From Eledone cirrhosa (Eukaryota), in contig OZ024758.1 in assembly GCA_964016885.1 (NCBI GenBank), positions 5,146,001 through 5,210,000 on the forward strand: a stretch of 64,000 nt of DNA, written 5' to 3'. Under the pieces are notes generated by a model. It ran no database searches. It saw nothing but the letters and a program-made list of their open reading frames with translations, and was not told where the DNA came from. Made by a program: the position numbers and the translations under genes. Shown piece by piece: positions 12,989-26,892 of this stretch; within the stretch, counting starts at the first letter, position 1; each line of letters starts with the position of its first letter.

Positions 12989-13097
12989 AGACAATTGCTT
13001 CTGACAGAACCCAATGGAAGGCCTGTTTGGGGACTCTGTTCTCCCCCTTCCCACCCATGACCCTCTCAGGAATAAGTGGGTAAGGAAGATAATGATG
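12988..13097 (+). mobile_element. RTE LINE extreme 3' end
   Basis: gagacaattgcttctgacag...ataagtgg matches the ends of 41030-41330 and 45088-45462. Confidence 0.65.
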
Positions 13098-13261
13098 TAT
13101 GGTACATTTTGAATGTCTGGAACTGAATAAGACATCAGTCCTTTTTCTAAACAAAACTAGCGTCTGTAGTAAGTAGCGTTCTTCTGTTTATCATCGATAC
13201 AAATCAGTTATACAAAAGCTAATTCTGCTAGTCACCAGTTGATGGGCAACCAGAAACAAAC

Positions 13262-13425
13262 CAAATTCCAAGTGCTTACCAACCAAAGAGCCGAACTCCC
13301 ACTGTCATCACCTCCCTCTCTCTCTCCCTCCCCCATCTCTCTGTATCGTGAGCAGATGGAGTCCCACGTGCTGGCCTCTCCGCAGTCCCGGCGGACAGAA
13401 TGGAGAAGGCGCTTCCCCGGAGGCT
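13262..13425 (-). mobile_element. CRE-clade LINE 3' end fragment
   Basis: Homologous to 6091-6240 and 50429-50580. Confidence 0.7.
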
Positions 13426-14320
13426 GGTAAGATACTAACTATCTACATGTTTACTACAAGATTACTTCTCTGTTATACGACATTTTGTTTCTGTTAAATT
13501 TCATATTTTGGACATATTTTATTTGGGAATGCATTAACTAATAGATCCTTTCTATGTGGGGTGAAAAAGATGCAGCTACTATTTCTAGCTAGCTGCACAA
13601 CCTGGTAGAGATTCTTCTTTTGCTTGTGGTATTTGTGGTTAAAATGTGTGGTATTTCTGGTTTAACAAGTTATTTTAACATACATTAAAAATGTGATGTC
13701 ACGAATTTAGTTCAAGAGCCTGGGGAATGAAGTTTGTTAGTATAAATGGTTACAGACATCGAAAGTCTTTTGGGGTTATTAGGTATTAATTACACTCTTT
13801 TACAAAATATCTCCTCCTTTGCTTTCCATAATTACCGCAGCCATTAATGTTTCTTAGTATTGTCAGCTATTTTAAACACGTTTTCAATTTCCTAGTCGAA
13901 TCTTTTGTGAAACCAATGCCACCTAATAAAGCCATTACTAGGGCATAGATTCCACCAAATCAGAAATTCATCAATGTCTTTTGTGGATTATAATGTTATT
14001 CCTGAATATGGTTCTAATGATCCATTGTAGCTTCTTGAGGCAACGACGAATAAAACGAGAACCTTTTTTTTTTTCTTTATTTTATACTATATTTTATACA
14101 TGTAATGGTATAAGGATCTGTTTATCAGAAATACGATTTCATACCACAGGAAATTTAAATTACGTTTTACAAATATCTTCAAGTACCAAAATTAATTTGC
14201 CTTATTGTTGGAGCTGGAATTTACCCAATTTTCTTGGTATATTGCCACTATGCATGAACACAAAGTTCAGTTAAAACCTACTAGCTATTGGTTTATGACG
14301 TTAAGAGGTTCTAAGACTTA

Positions 14321-14361
<41 letters not shown>

Positions 14362-15004
14362 CGCACGCGTGTGTGTGTGTGCGTGTTTTATACTTAGTTT
14401 TATATGTCTCCAGAGTGTGCTAGGTAAAAACACTATATTTAAGCCGTCAGCATATTTGCTGAAGTTTATTTCTATTCTGAAAAGAGTTACCAGAAATTCA
14501 ATTCTAAAGTATTTTTATCTTAAGAACTATTTTTGTTTACGAGAACTATATGAGATCTCTGTGTGATTATGAAAGAAGATTCTAAAGTTTACCATGTGTG
14601 TGAAATGTGATCGGTTTAAGAGTTTCACTCGCATCCATTGATGCTTTTCGTTGTTGTTGCTGCTGCAGGAAACGCTCTTGTTTTTTGTTTAACTCATTCT
14701 GCAATAAGCTAACTTATGATAGAAGTTATCTCAGCCATAATTCTTTTATTTTATTTCTCCGACATGTATATATCTTGACTTATGTTATCAAGTGTTTGGG
14801 CTCATATTTACGACTGTAACGTCATTGTGATTTGATAAATGTGACTGCTATATCTTGCAGGGTTAACAACCACATAGTTTTGTGTTGCTTGGCAGAATAA
14901 CTAGGGTTAATTGGTTGAAATTTATATTATTTGGACTGCAATTTTGCTAGAATCTTTGGAGATTCTGATACACAAAACGTCTTACTTAATTACGGCTTTG
15001 CTAG

Positions 15005-15170
15005 ATGTAAAGCTCTTCCAGTGCATCTCCCTTACCATCCTCGGGGGGGGGGGGGACGCCTTCTCCATTCTGTCCGCCGGGGCTGTGGAGCGGCCAGCAC
15101 GTGGGACCCCATTTGCTCACTATACAGAGAGATGGGGAAGACGAGAGAGATGGAGGCGATGACGGTTGGA
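15005..15170 (+). mobile_element. CRE-clade LINE 3' end fragment
   Basis: Translates KLFQCISLTILG..DAFSILS, matching WLFQCVSLTILQGNAFSILS at about 50550-50610. Confidence 0.75.
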
Positions 15171-15281
15171 TTAAATGTTTCATGCATTAAAATATATGGT
15201 TTATAATAGTTCTTGAGATTTGACTCCTAAACTGAACTGTTAGATTAACATTCCTTTAGTTCCTCATTATCTCACTCACCA

Positions 15282-15505
15282 GGGCGGTGGATTGGCAGTA
15301 TTGGTAGAGGGCCGGACGCCATGCTTTGTAGCATAGAGTTACGGCCCTTTATGATCTGAGTTCAAATCTCGCCGAGATTAACTTTGCCTTTCATTCTTAC
15401 GGGGTCGATAAAATAAAGTACCAGTCACGCACTGGCGTCGATTTAATCGACTTTTCCCTCCCCCAAAATTGCTGGCCTTGTGCCTATATAAGAAACCAAG
15501 AAACC
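15282..15505 (+). mobile_element. SINE family A, full length with 17-bp TSD
   Basis: cattatctcactcacca on both flanks. Confidence 0.92.
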
Positions 15506-16066
15506 ATTATCTCACTCACCAACCTCTGTCCACCACCAACGCCGCCATCACAATCACTACCACCACCATTACGGCTTTTAGGTTCTGATTTCAAATCCCG
15601 CCGTGATCAACTTTATTTCATCGATTCTGGAAGAACGAGAGTTAAAGTAACAGTCGAGAACTACTGACGATATAATAGTTCATAACCTTCCTTAACTGTG
15701 TATAACTTGTGTAGTTTATATAAGCTATTAACACAATTATATAACTTTCTCTATTCCATTTATGTCGACTCCAGAACATTATAAATCTGAATATTGTGCC
15801 ATTAATATACCGATCAAAAGTTATTTCACTGAAAAGTAAACTCACAACACAAACCTGTGACAAAATGTTTTAATTAATAAACTAACCAATCTGATATTTC
15901 TATCATTAACTATAGTTAAATATTTTATGTTATATAATGAAATGATGTTAGTAATTTTATACGTGTGATCTATACTCATTTCAATTTAATGCAAATTGAA
16001 TTAATATTTCCAGATACACTTTAGAATAATTAACCAACATACTAACGATTCCAACAGTTGAGACGT

Positions 16067-16146
16067 CAATTGTTATCCATAATATCATTACGCCAATTAT
16101 TATCCATAATATCATTACACCAATTGTTATCCATAATAACATTACC
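16067..16146. repeat. 27-bp tandem repeat x3
   Basis: caatt(g/a)ttatccataata(t/a)cattac units. Confidence 0.85.
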
Positions 16147-16645
16147 AACATTTACCAACGACAAAGCAGTTAATATGATAGTGCAAATATTAATACTGGT
16201 TTTAATGTGAAATACAAAACGAAAATGACAATCTTATATGGACATTAAAGATCATTAAATAAACAGTAATGCGGAACTATAAAAGTCAACTTTTGACAAT
16301 GAATGGTAAATTATTGCAGTAAGCTACCAAGATTTTCTGGTAGTTGAAACCATATTGAGAGAAAGCTAAAATAATTAATTATAACAATGAAGGAATTTGA
16401 CAGATGCATGACTATGAAATTCCAAATATATATATTATACAAGACCAAACGAGGCGAGGTAAACATGCAGGTTTCTGCCATCATATCGTGAATGTCAAGT
16501 TATTCACCTATACATTTTTCAATTCAGCCATTTATTCTGTTCAACTTAACCTGACAGTTATTGCGCGTTAATTCATTCTAACATAACGAAGAAGATCAAA
16601 CATGCATACACAGCGTTTGTGTGTGTATGTGTGTTGTGTGTGTGT

Positions 16646-16831
16646 GGAAGCACGTGGCCTAGTGGTAAGGGTGTTGGACTTACGATCATAATGTTGTGGG
16701 TTCGATTCCTGGACTGGGTTGTGTGTTGTGTTCTTGAGCAAAACACTTCATTTCATGTTGCTCCAGTATACTCAGCTGAAAATGGGTACCACCAGTAGGT
16801 GGGGGTTTAACCCTGCGATGGACTGGCGTCC
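16646..16831 (+). mobile_element. tRNA-derived CORE-type SINE family B
   Basis: Box A TGGCCTAGTGG, box B GGTTCGATTCC, CORE-like TGTGTTCTTGAGCAAAACACTT; followed directly by a family A 3' tail (16838-16897). Confidence 0.8.
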
Positions 16832-17807
16832 TCAGAGTAAAGTTCCAGTAATACCTTGGGATAATTGCTGGCCTTGTGCCAAAAGTAGAAACAATTATAT
16901 ATGTATATGAAACTATTCACAAGCTGAATATGAAATTATTGAGTACCACAGAAAAGATAATAGCACAGAGTACCGTGGAATCTCGGTTCCTGAAGGTAGT
17001 TCGTCACACGGAATATTCGTAAACTAAAATTATTTTCTCATAAGAAATCTTGAGAGAGAACTACAGTGGGGGTGAGAGAGAGTGAGAGAGAGAGAGAGCA
17101 AGAGAGAGTTACTGTGTGTGAAAGACAAATAGATATCACCATAATAACTACTGGGTTCGGAAAAATTGCTTGTGAACTGATATGTTCTTGATGAGAGCCG
17201 TTCGTGAACCGAGGTTCATCTGCATTTCTATTGAAAAAAAAAAAATTAAAACACGTTTTGATCTACCTGATCTACCTGATCTACTTAGTTATGTATACGT
17301 TTCTGCAGTCTATTGTATTATCTGGCTTCCAAATCACCAAATAACTGTGTTTCTAGTATTCCTTAATATTTCCAGCCAACTACCACAACCCATACTATGT
17401 TATATTTTAGTATATTTGAAGTTCTTTCATCCTGTTTAATTTCTGTCACAATTTCTTTCTGAAAGATATAATTAATATTTAATTATTTATGAAACTTTCT
17501 CAGTGAATGCTACTTCGTTTAGATGAGTTAATGTGTGACATCTGAAGCACATTCATGTCTATTTTCTACATAATCACTTCTTGGGAATATTATTAATATT
17601 TCATATCTTCCTCCGGGCATCCGAGACAATTCTATTAACCTCTATTAACAAGATTTTAAAACTACACAACTGTATTCATTACGTCAATATTGGTAATTCC
17701 AACTATCGTGGCCCGCATGTATTATAGATATAGAGTGCTGTATCTCAAAATTCTGCATTACGAAGGCGTCGACATATTAACCAGAGTTCCTACAAATCTA
17801 ACATAAA

Positions 17808-18663
17808 CGAGGTTCGCCTGACAAGTTCATCGGCTGATTATGAAGGAGTGATGCTAGAGCTGTGAAATCTTGATGCACGGGTGAGGCTAGAGCTGTGAAA
17901 TCTTGATGCACGAGGGTCGGCTGACAAGTTCATCGGCTGATTATGAAGGGGTGATGCTAGAGCTGTGAAATCGTGATGCACGAGGGTCGGCTGACAAGTT
18001 CATCGGCTGATTATGAAGGGGTGATGCTAGAGCTGTGAAATCGTGATGCACGAGGGTCGGCTGACAAGTTCATCGGCTGATTATGAAGGGGTGATGCTAG
18101 AGCTGTGAAATCGTGATGCACGAGGGTCGGCTGACAAGTTCATCGGCTGATTATGAAGGGGTGATGCTAGAGCTGTGAAATATTGATGCACGAGTGATGC
18201 TAGAGCTGTGAAATATTGATGCACGAGTGATGTTAGGGCTGCGAAATCTTGATGCAGGAGTGCTGGCTAAGAGATTCATAGGATGACTATGAAGGATTGA
18301 TGCTAGAGCTGTGAAATCTTGCATGCATTTATTTCAACTCTTATTAATAACTGTATTGTTTCTTTCTATGGATTATGTTGAAAAATAAACCTCATTGGGT
18401 CATTCCATGAGAGTATCTTGGTCAGTCTATGAAGCAGTGATGCTAGGGCTGTGAAATCTTGATGTACGAGCGATGGGTAAGAGGTTCATAGTCAGCCTAT
18501 AAAGGAGTGATGCTAGAGCTATGAAAACCTATATAAATTAATTTCAACTCTTTTTATTAATAACTGCATTGTTTCTTTCTAGGGACTATGTTGAAAAATA
18601 AACCTCATTTGGTCATTCCATGAGAGTATCTTGGTCAGCATATGTACTTTTCAGCCGACCCGA
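17808..18663. mobile_element. Mariner-type MITE with tandemly amplified 70-bp terminal unit
   Basis: cgagggtcggctgacaagttcat... recurs at 17911, 17981, 18051 and 18121; internal body present twice; right TIR at about 18630-18663. Confidence 0.85.
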
Positions 18664-19017
18664 CTACATGTATATTTTCTATGAGTTCATTTAGTGTTCT
18701 TGTCCTGGATTATTGTATTTCTTTCTCACGACAATTATCTGGATTAACAAACCATATTCTGTAATCACTTGGTGATAATTCCCATTCCAGTTCATTCTTG
18801 TCATGTTTTTAATTTTGATCTTTGGATCCTTTTGTCATGTTGCTTTGGATTTCACTTTGGTTTCATTAAAGCTTTGTCGTCTAATTACCCCAATGCACGC
18901 CACCACATGTCAATCAAAGTATAGCGACACACCTGAAGAGATAGACTTGAATGAAATTCAAGCAGATCTGCTATCGAAGTCATTTCAGTATAACCGTTGT
19001 GCGAAGAATCCCTGTAG

Positions 19018-19050
<33 letters not shown>

Positions 19051-19943
19051 TAAAATAACAGATTAAAGTTTATATATATATAAATACAGTTGGATGTAGA
19101 GATTATAGCCATATATGGACAGTGTTTGTATGTGCGTACGAGTGTGTGTTTGTGTGTACGCAGTATGTGTGTATGTGTGCGTGTATATATATATATATTA
19201 GTCATTCGCAAAAGATATACTTCATGTATACGGAGATTTTATATTCAGGCGATGTTGTATAATTTTATTTCTGGGTTTTATGAGATTCAGAAAGGATTCG
19301 ATTCTCGGCGAATTGATTCTGTAACCAATATACAACTTCATATTATTTCAATTACTTTGATTTTACTATTTAGAAAGTAAATGTTTATACAAGCGACAAT
19401 AAAATAGGAAAGTTTTCTCTTATTTGAAGCCGAGGCGCCATTTTTATATATCCTTCATAATTGGAGTTGATTTATATGGTTTTCTGTATCAAAGTTACAT
19501 CGTTTGACCAGCATCTAAACGTTGGCCTTCATATCTTTAGTTTTACTCAGATATTATATTCTGGTTTAACTTATCGATTATATTCATCCAATCATATTTG
19601 AAGGAGATTTGGCTACCGATATTAGCGGGTTAAGCGGCTTCGATGAGGCCAATTCCTCGACTCTTAAGACCAAAATAACAACAACGTTTGCACTTCTGAA
19701 AGTTTTTCGTTACCTATTTGTACCGAGGTCACTAGTTGAAACTAGAATCATATCGAAATAAACTTGACAATTTTGTATGAAATGATTCAGTCAGTCACTA
19801 GGTTGACCGGTGGGTGAGCGGCTACTGCCGTGTAGAGGGAGACAACGTCGTGACGAAAGACTTATCTGTTGAGTTAAAGTTGGTTAGGGTGTAATTGATG
19901 TAATTTTTTTATGACTTTGTCGGAGCTGCTCTCGTTCTCTTTC

Positions 19944-19976
<33 letters not shown>

Positions 19977-20005
19977 GACACAGAGAGAAAGAAAGATATA
20001 GATAG

Positions 20006-20208
20006 AGGGCACGAGGCTGAGTTGTTAGAGAATTGGATTCGCAATCGTGAGGTTTGATTTCGATTCCCAGACCGGGTGATGTGTTATGTCTTTGAGCAAT
20101 ACAATTTATTTCACATTGCTCGTTCTGCCTGGATTTGCGACCGATAGATAGTATTAGCAATAGGAAAGACCAATAAAATCATTGTTTCCTCGGTCCGATT
20201 CGACGAGC
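20006..20208 (+). mobile_element. CORE-type SINE family B variant
   Basis: tRNA-like head + CORE-like body; homologous to 35407 and 52295 copies. Confidence 0.75.
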
Positions 20209-20241
20209 TCCACCCCAATCGTTAAGCAAATGAGGTCTGGG

Positions 20242-20304
<63 letters not shown>

Positions 20305-20316
20305 GAGAGAGAGAGA

Positions 20317-20469
20317 TGCCGAGCTTCCACACAATGAGTGACTAGAAAATTCCACTCACAAATTATTAGTCAAACAAGAGTTCATTGATAAAGAAACCTT
20401 GCACGGTGGGATCGAATCCAGATCCACATGGCTGCGATCTAAACTTCTTAACCACAGAGCCATCCCTGT
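20317..20469 (-). mobile_element. Diverged tRNA-derived SINE (another family)
   Basis: Minus strand TGGCTCTGTGGTTAAG ... GGATTCGATCCC A/B-box pair. Confidence 0.6.
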
Positions 20470-20499
20470 ATTCATTTTAAAAACTGTATTAAAGTTGGT

Positions 20500-20547
<48 letters not shown>

Positions 20548-21224
20548 TGTTGTTTGGGAAATACTATTTTTGAGTAAGCCTACATAAGCCCAGAGAAAAA
20601 CACCGTTTGTGCAGCAGTTGAAGTAATATCACTTAATCCATCACAAATTTCTTCCTGCGATATGGGAAATTATACGTGAGGCGATAAGCATGGACATTTT
20701 AATGTCTGTTAGATCTGTGTTGTTGATTTATAAGCTACTTGCTTAGACTTACGTAGAGTAAAATATTAAATATCGAAATCATGACAATTTATTGTTAATC
20801 TTGGTTTACAAGTATGTTTACAATAGTTGTTAAAATACTTGCTTAAACGTGTTCTACGTGGCTAAGACGTGTAGACTTCAGAAGAGAAACAGGGCTTGAA
20901 ACTGTTCAATAATCTATATCTAACGATAGTAATCTATATGGCTGTCACGACATTGTATGTAAATGATTAATAGATAATTTTCAGAATCCGGTATATGTTA
21001 TTCTGAAAGATACGAGTTGAATCCTAGGAACACAAACATATCATGATTGCAAGCAGGATAATGTCACGTTATATTTAAGAATGTGTCTTTATATGACTTC
21101 CTGTTGATAAAAGATATTTCCCGATTCTACAGGGAAGTTTATCAAATAGAATACGATCTTGGACGGTAAACCTGATCTACAAATGATAAAATATTTAAAC
21201 AAATTTGCGGCCTATTTCAAATAA

Positions 21225-21432
21225 GGATTTCTACTTTAGACATAAAGCTAGTAATATTAGGGAAGAGGGAAAAGTCAATAAAATCGTTCTTGTCTAGAAC
21301 TTTATTTTATCGACATCGGAGGGATTAAAAGTAAAGTTAACCTCAGTGAGACGTGAACTCAGAAGTTAAAATGTCGGAGGATATGTTACCACACTTTATT
21401 CTTCACTCTAATAATTCTATCAATCTACTGCT
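21225..21432 (-). mobile_element. SINE family A, old diverged copy
   Basis: tttattttatcgac...aaagttaacctc...gaactcag. Confidence 0.7.
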
Positions 21433-22485
21433 CAAATGTTCTTTAAATAACTATTTGAAAATATATGAATCTAACGGCCATATTCTATTCTTGTCATTGC
21501 AGAATATTTAAGTGTGTCAACTTAGAATATTGTGAAATATCAAAGAAATGTTTGATTCTAGCTTTTCTTCACTAATGTTACAATAAATCATTAAATTGAA
21601 TTACTGTAAATCTTTCTTGATCGCAAAAGATCTAATCATGGTTTGTGATTTGCTACGTGAAAACATAAGCTTCATCCCACATAGAATAATAGAGTTGATT
21701 CTTGGGTGGCTTCTTTCAATTAAAAACTGAATCAAACATTTGATCCGAAAGATCAAATAGTAGTTATTAATAAAATGAAATATAACGTTCTATGAGGATA
21801 TTTATATATGATATATCATTTTCTCTAACTCTTCATGTGTTATATTATTGAAGCTTCAAATATGGTTTCTTTTATTCGGTAAATATTTTGTTTTAAATTT
21901 TCCATTTAGTATTTAAACGATATGATTTATTAAATAAGACGTTCAATGTTTGTAGGTGAAATATAACAACAGACTAAACCAAACTTCTACATTTTTCGTT
22001 ACCTTCATCTTAACGTCCATTTTGAATTGTTTAGACTTATATCACTTTCCATTAAATTTCTACATGTTAAAGTACCAGTAATACACTGGGTAATTGCTGG
22101 CCTTGTGCCTACCGTAGAAACAATTAAATTTCTACATGTTAATGATCTCTCATTTAAGCAAAGACTTTGGGGTAGGGAAAGTCAATTATTATATGAACAA
22201 CAATACTTGCCTAGTTGTTGATTTTATCGAAGCTGTAATGATGAAAGGTAAAGTATACCTCGGTGGGATTTGAACGTACAAGCATATATCCTAACGCCAC
22301 ACGAAGCTCTATATCAATCATGGGCAACCTGCGGCCCGTGAGGCTTTCTGAATAGCTCGCCTAAGTCACCTAAGTGAAATCTTACTCATCTTTTTACGCC
22401 AACTTTTCAGTCGTAATTTATCTTTCTATCATTTTTACGACCGAGGAAAACATGTACGAATTCTGAAGAAGCAAATCAAAACAAC

Positions 22486-22632
22486 CTCAGCTGAAAATGG
22501 TTACCAACAATTGCTGGGGGTTTAACCCTGCGATGGACTGGCGTCCTGTCCAGGGAGGGGGAGTTTTGTACTCTCAGTTGCTTCACCCCATGAAACCGGG
22601 ATCAGCACCGACCTAACGAACCTTCTGGCTTA
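22486..22632 (+). mobile_element. SINE family B 3' part
   Basis: ccctgcgatggactggcgtcctgtccaggg; matches 56960-57110. Confidence 0.75.
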
Positions 22633-22669
22633 AGATATATTTTAGAATTAGACTATGACATAAATGTTT

Positions 22670-23025
22670 TCTCCATCTCTCCCTCCCTCCCTCTCTCACT
22701 CTCTCATTCCCTCTCTCACTCCCTCACTCACTCTCTCTCTTTCACTCACTCTCTCTCTTTCACTCACTCTCTCTCTTTCACTCACTCTCTCTCTTTCACT
22801 CACTCTCTCTTTCACTCACTCTCTCTCTTTCACTCACTCTCTCTCACTCACTCTCTCTTTCACTCACTCACTCTCTCTTTCACTCACTCACTCTCTCTTT
22901 CACACTCTCATTTCACTCTATCTTTACTCTCTCACTCTCATTTTACTCTCTCTTTCACTCTCTCTTTTTCACTCTCTCTCTCTCTCTCACCAATTCTCTC
23001 TAACCAATTCTCTCTCTCTCTCTCT
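22670..23025. repeat. (TCAC/TC)n compound microsatellite
   Basis: Direct reading. Confidence 0.9.
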
Positions 23026-23489
23026 GTTCCCATATAAGGCAAATATAAAAAATATAGAAACAAATATATCAAACATTTAATGAACAAAGGAACGAGTTTG
23101 TAAGAAGACGACTTAAAATTGTACCAAGAAATCCAGAGACATGACTGTATATAAGACAAGATATACTGTTATATAAGACAAGATATACTGCAGCTGTGAA
23201 TATTTCCTGCAGGTATTACACAAATATCCGAATAATTTCTCTTTTACCGAAAGGATTGTCTTTTATGATGGAAATTTTATGTAAACGTAGAAATTCTTAA
23301 ATTTCTCGAAATAAGACATATTTCAAATATACTGGTGTGTGTATTACATTGGAATGAAGACATACACACACGTACACATATATACAGACACACATACAGT
23401 CACACGCACACTATATATATATACACACGTGCACATAGACACAGAAATATATATATATATATATATTTATACATATATGCATATATATG

Positions 23490-24350
23490 TGTATTTATAT
23501 GTATGTATACATATGTATGTATGTATGTATACATATGTATGTATACATATGTATGTATGTATACATATGTATGTATGTATACATATGTATGTATGTATAC
23601 ATATGTATGTATGTATACATATGTATGTATGTATACATATGTATGTATACATATGTATGTATACATATGTATGTATACATATGTATGTATACATATGTAT
23701 GTATGTATACATATGTATGTATGTATACATATGTATGTATGTATACATATGTATGCATGTATACATATGTATGTATGTATACATATGTATGTATGTATAC
23801 ATATGTATGTATGTATATATATATATGTATATATATATATGTATATATATGTATGTATACATATGTATGTATACATATGTATGTATACATATGTATGTAT
23901 GTATACATATGTATGTATGTATACATATGTATGTATGTATGTATACATATGTATGTATGTATGTATACATATGTATGTATGTATACATATGTATGTATGT
24001 ATACATATGTATGTATGTATACATATGTATGTATGTATACATATGTATGTATGTATACATATGTATGTATGTATGTGTATGTATGTATGTATGTATACGT
24101 ATGTATGTATGTATATATGTATACATACATATGTATGTATGTATGTATGTATACATACATATGTATGTATGTATGTATACATACATACATATGTATGTAT
24201 GTATGTATGTATACATACATATGTATGTATGTATGTATGTATACATATGTATGTATGTATGTATGTATACATATGTATGTATGTATGTATGTATACATAT
24301 GTATGTATGTATGTATGTATACGTATGTATATGTATGTATGTATACATAC
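23490..24350. repeat. (TATG)n / ATACAT compound satellite
   Basis: Direct reading; explains the six long spurious ORFs. Confidence 0.95.
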
Positions 24351-24917
24351 ACGCAGAAAGAATGAGCGATGGGGGTGAAGATGTCGGCAATAGTTATTGT
24401 CCATTTCCTTGTGTTGGATGTGAATATATTTACGTGAACACTTCTACTGGTTTCCGCCATTCGACAGTAATAGTTTATTAACTAAACATTCTTATTCACT
24501 AAGTGAATAAGATATACCTGCTTCAAACAAACAATCGTAATATTTTAAATATTTGATTTTTATGTCAACATCCAGCTGTCAATTACCGCCAGAATCGTTA
24601 TTTTTAAGATTCCGATGAAAATGAAAATTGCATATAAATACGTATCATTAATTCTAGAGTCAAGAAAGACTTGCTTCTTTCGATAAACATACAGACAGTT
24701 TATAAATAGTTTATTAACAAAGTCTAGGTCCTATTCATCAGACACTTTTCAGTTGAAAAGTGTCTGATGAATACGACTTAGACGTTGTTAATAAACGATT
24801 TATAAGCAATTTGTAATAATAGTTGTTTCTACTTTTGACAGGCCAAAATAGATATTTAGAATATGCATGTAGCTATATATATATATATATATATGGATAT
24901 ATAATATTATATATATA

Positions 24918-25415
24918 TATAATTGTTTCTACTTTTGGCACAAGGTCAGCAATTACCCAGTACATTACTGGTACTTTATTTTATCGACCCTGTAAGGATG
25001 AAAGGCAAAGTTAACCTCGGCGGGATTCGAACTCAGATCATAATGGGGCGTAACTCGATACTGCCAATCCCCCGCCCCAAATGGTTTCTTATATAGGCAC
25101 AAGGCCAGCAATTTTGTGGGGAGGGGAAAGTCGATTAAATCGACTCCAGTGCATTACTGGTACTTTATTAATCGACCCCATAAGGATGACAGGCAAAGCT
25201 AACCACGGCGAGATTTGAACTCAGCTGCTTCTAATAATAATAATAATAATTGTTTCTATTTTTGGCACAAGGCCAGCAATTTCCCAGTGTATTACTGGTA
25301 CTTTATTTTATCGACCCCGTAAGGATGAAAGGCAAAGTTAACCTCGGCGGGATTTGAACTCAGAATGGCAAGGGCCGTATATCTATGCGTCAAAGCATGG
25401 CGTCCGACCCTCTAT
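24918..25415 (-). mobile_element. Cluster of three tandem SINE family A copies
   Basis: Three successive reverse-complement bodies (about 24920, 25083, 25248). Confidence 0.85.
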
Positions 25416-25839
25416 AATAATAATATTTATATTATTGGCACAAAGCCCAACATTTCGGTGTTGGAACTCTCCATTGTACTGAAGTATTTTTAAAATTCCG
25501 GTTGTCTAAGTAGAAATTTGTAGAATCTTTCTCGGCACGTAAACAGTTGTATCTAAATACGTCAAAATATTTAAACCGTTTCATTGTTTATTTTCATCGA
25601 TCTCATGTTATTTAACAGCATTAATAACAAGAAAAAGAACTTCTTTATTCAAGAACAACTTATAAACACTGCATAGTTTGTGAAGAGAAATAATTTGGTG
25701 CATAGAAATATATATCTAATACAAATACAACGTACATACATACATACACATGCATATACATATATACATACATACATATACATATATATATATATATATA
25801 AATGAAAATATAGAAATTAATGTGAGCAAGAAGCCAACA

Positions 25840-25888
<49 letters not shown>

Positions 25889-26702
25889 GGAGAGAGATTT
25901 ACGCATACATAAAATAAATAGAGAGGTCGCTATTTACGTATATATCTTCTCTAAGACAATTTTGTTTTCGCTTTTTAAGAGTCTTCACCATATTTTATAA
26001 ACTATTTCATAGCCTCTCTGTCCATAAAAACAGTACTCTTTATATTATAGTATAGTTATCTCCAACACGTTTTCGTTGCTACGATTTGTTTCTAATCCCG
26101 CACGTGGCTTAGATTGTGTGATTACACTTCCACGTGCATAAATAACTATTTATATTTATTTTCAAATAATTGTCCTGCTAATACAGCGAAATACAATGCT
26201 ATCTAATTCACTTCGAGCCGACTAGGGGATCTTCTACGTGGATATACTGAATATAGCAGCTAAATTTATCTCAAATCACACGATGCTATTTCGAAGAAAT
26301 TCTGCTTCCACATCTGAAACAGTTCTGCCACTACATATACATAGATTCAAGACTGTATCAAGCCACGCGAAAAAATAATCACTCGATTGATTAGCATTTG
26401 GCTCGACACCACTCTGACTTGAGATCTATAGGTGTGCTCTCTCACTCCATTTCAAATCATGTCTTCCCACCACACGTCCAAGGTCATACAGCAACCAATA
26501 ACTGTTCCTTTAGATCCTGAATCCTCTCTAATAAGGCCCTGCTTTTGTAAGCAGATATTACAACAGTAGATGAGGGTTAGATAAATTAGTTAAATAGTCT
26601 TGTATGTAACATGTGATGAGGTAAATAAACATATACACCTTATTTTCTATGACAGATATTTCTGTAACAGATAATTCTACAGACATTATTAAAGACAAAA
26701 AA

Positions 26703-26892
26703 GGGTGGTGGATTGGCAGTATCGGTTGAGGGTCTGACGCCATACTTTGCAGCAAAGAGTTACGGCCCTTTATGGTCCGAGTTCAAATCCCGCCGAGTTT
26801 AACTTTGCCTTTCATCCTTACGGCGTCGATAAAATAAAATACCAGTAATACACTGGAATAATTGCTGGCCTTGTGCCAAAAGTAGAAAGAAT
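26703..26892 (+). mobile_element. SINE family A with TSD
   Basis: attattaaagacaaaaa on both flanks. Confidence 0.9.

Noticed and set aside
16067-16160. Minus-strand MDNNW repeats reminiscent of reflectin motifs
   Set aside because: Only a 27-bp triplication ending in a stop; lacks the reflectin consensus and composition.
16646-16720. tRNA gene
   Set aside because: A/B boxes are present but run into a multicopy SINE body; no clean cloverleaf or T-run terminator.
17911-18200. CRISPR-like regular array
   Set aside because: Units are wholly repeated with no unique spacers, derive from a MITE end, and the context is eukaryotic with no cas genes; same for the 49234 and 57690 arrays.
23335-24481. 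ORFs of 290-380 aa in all six frames
   Set aside because: Translations of the (TATG)n/ATACAT satellite; the same applies to 28359-28831, 54270-54878 and 57579-58545.
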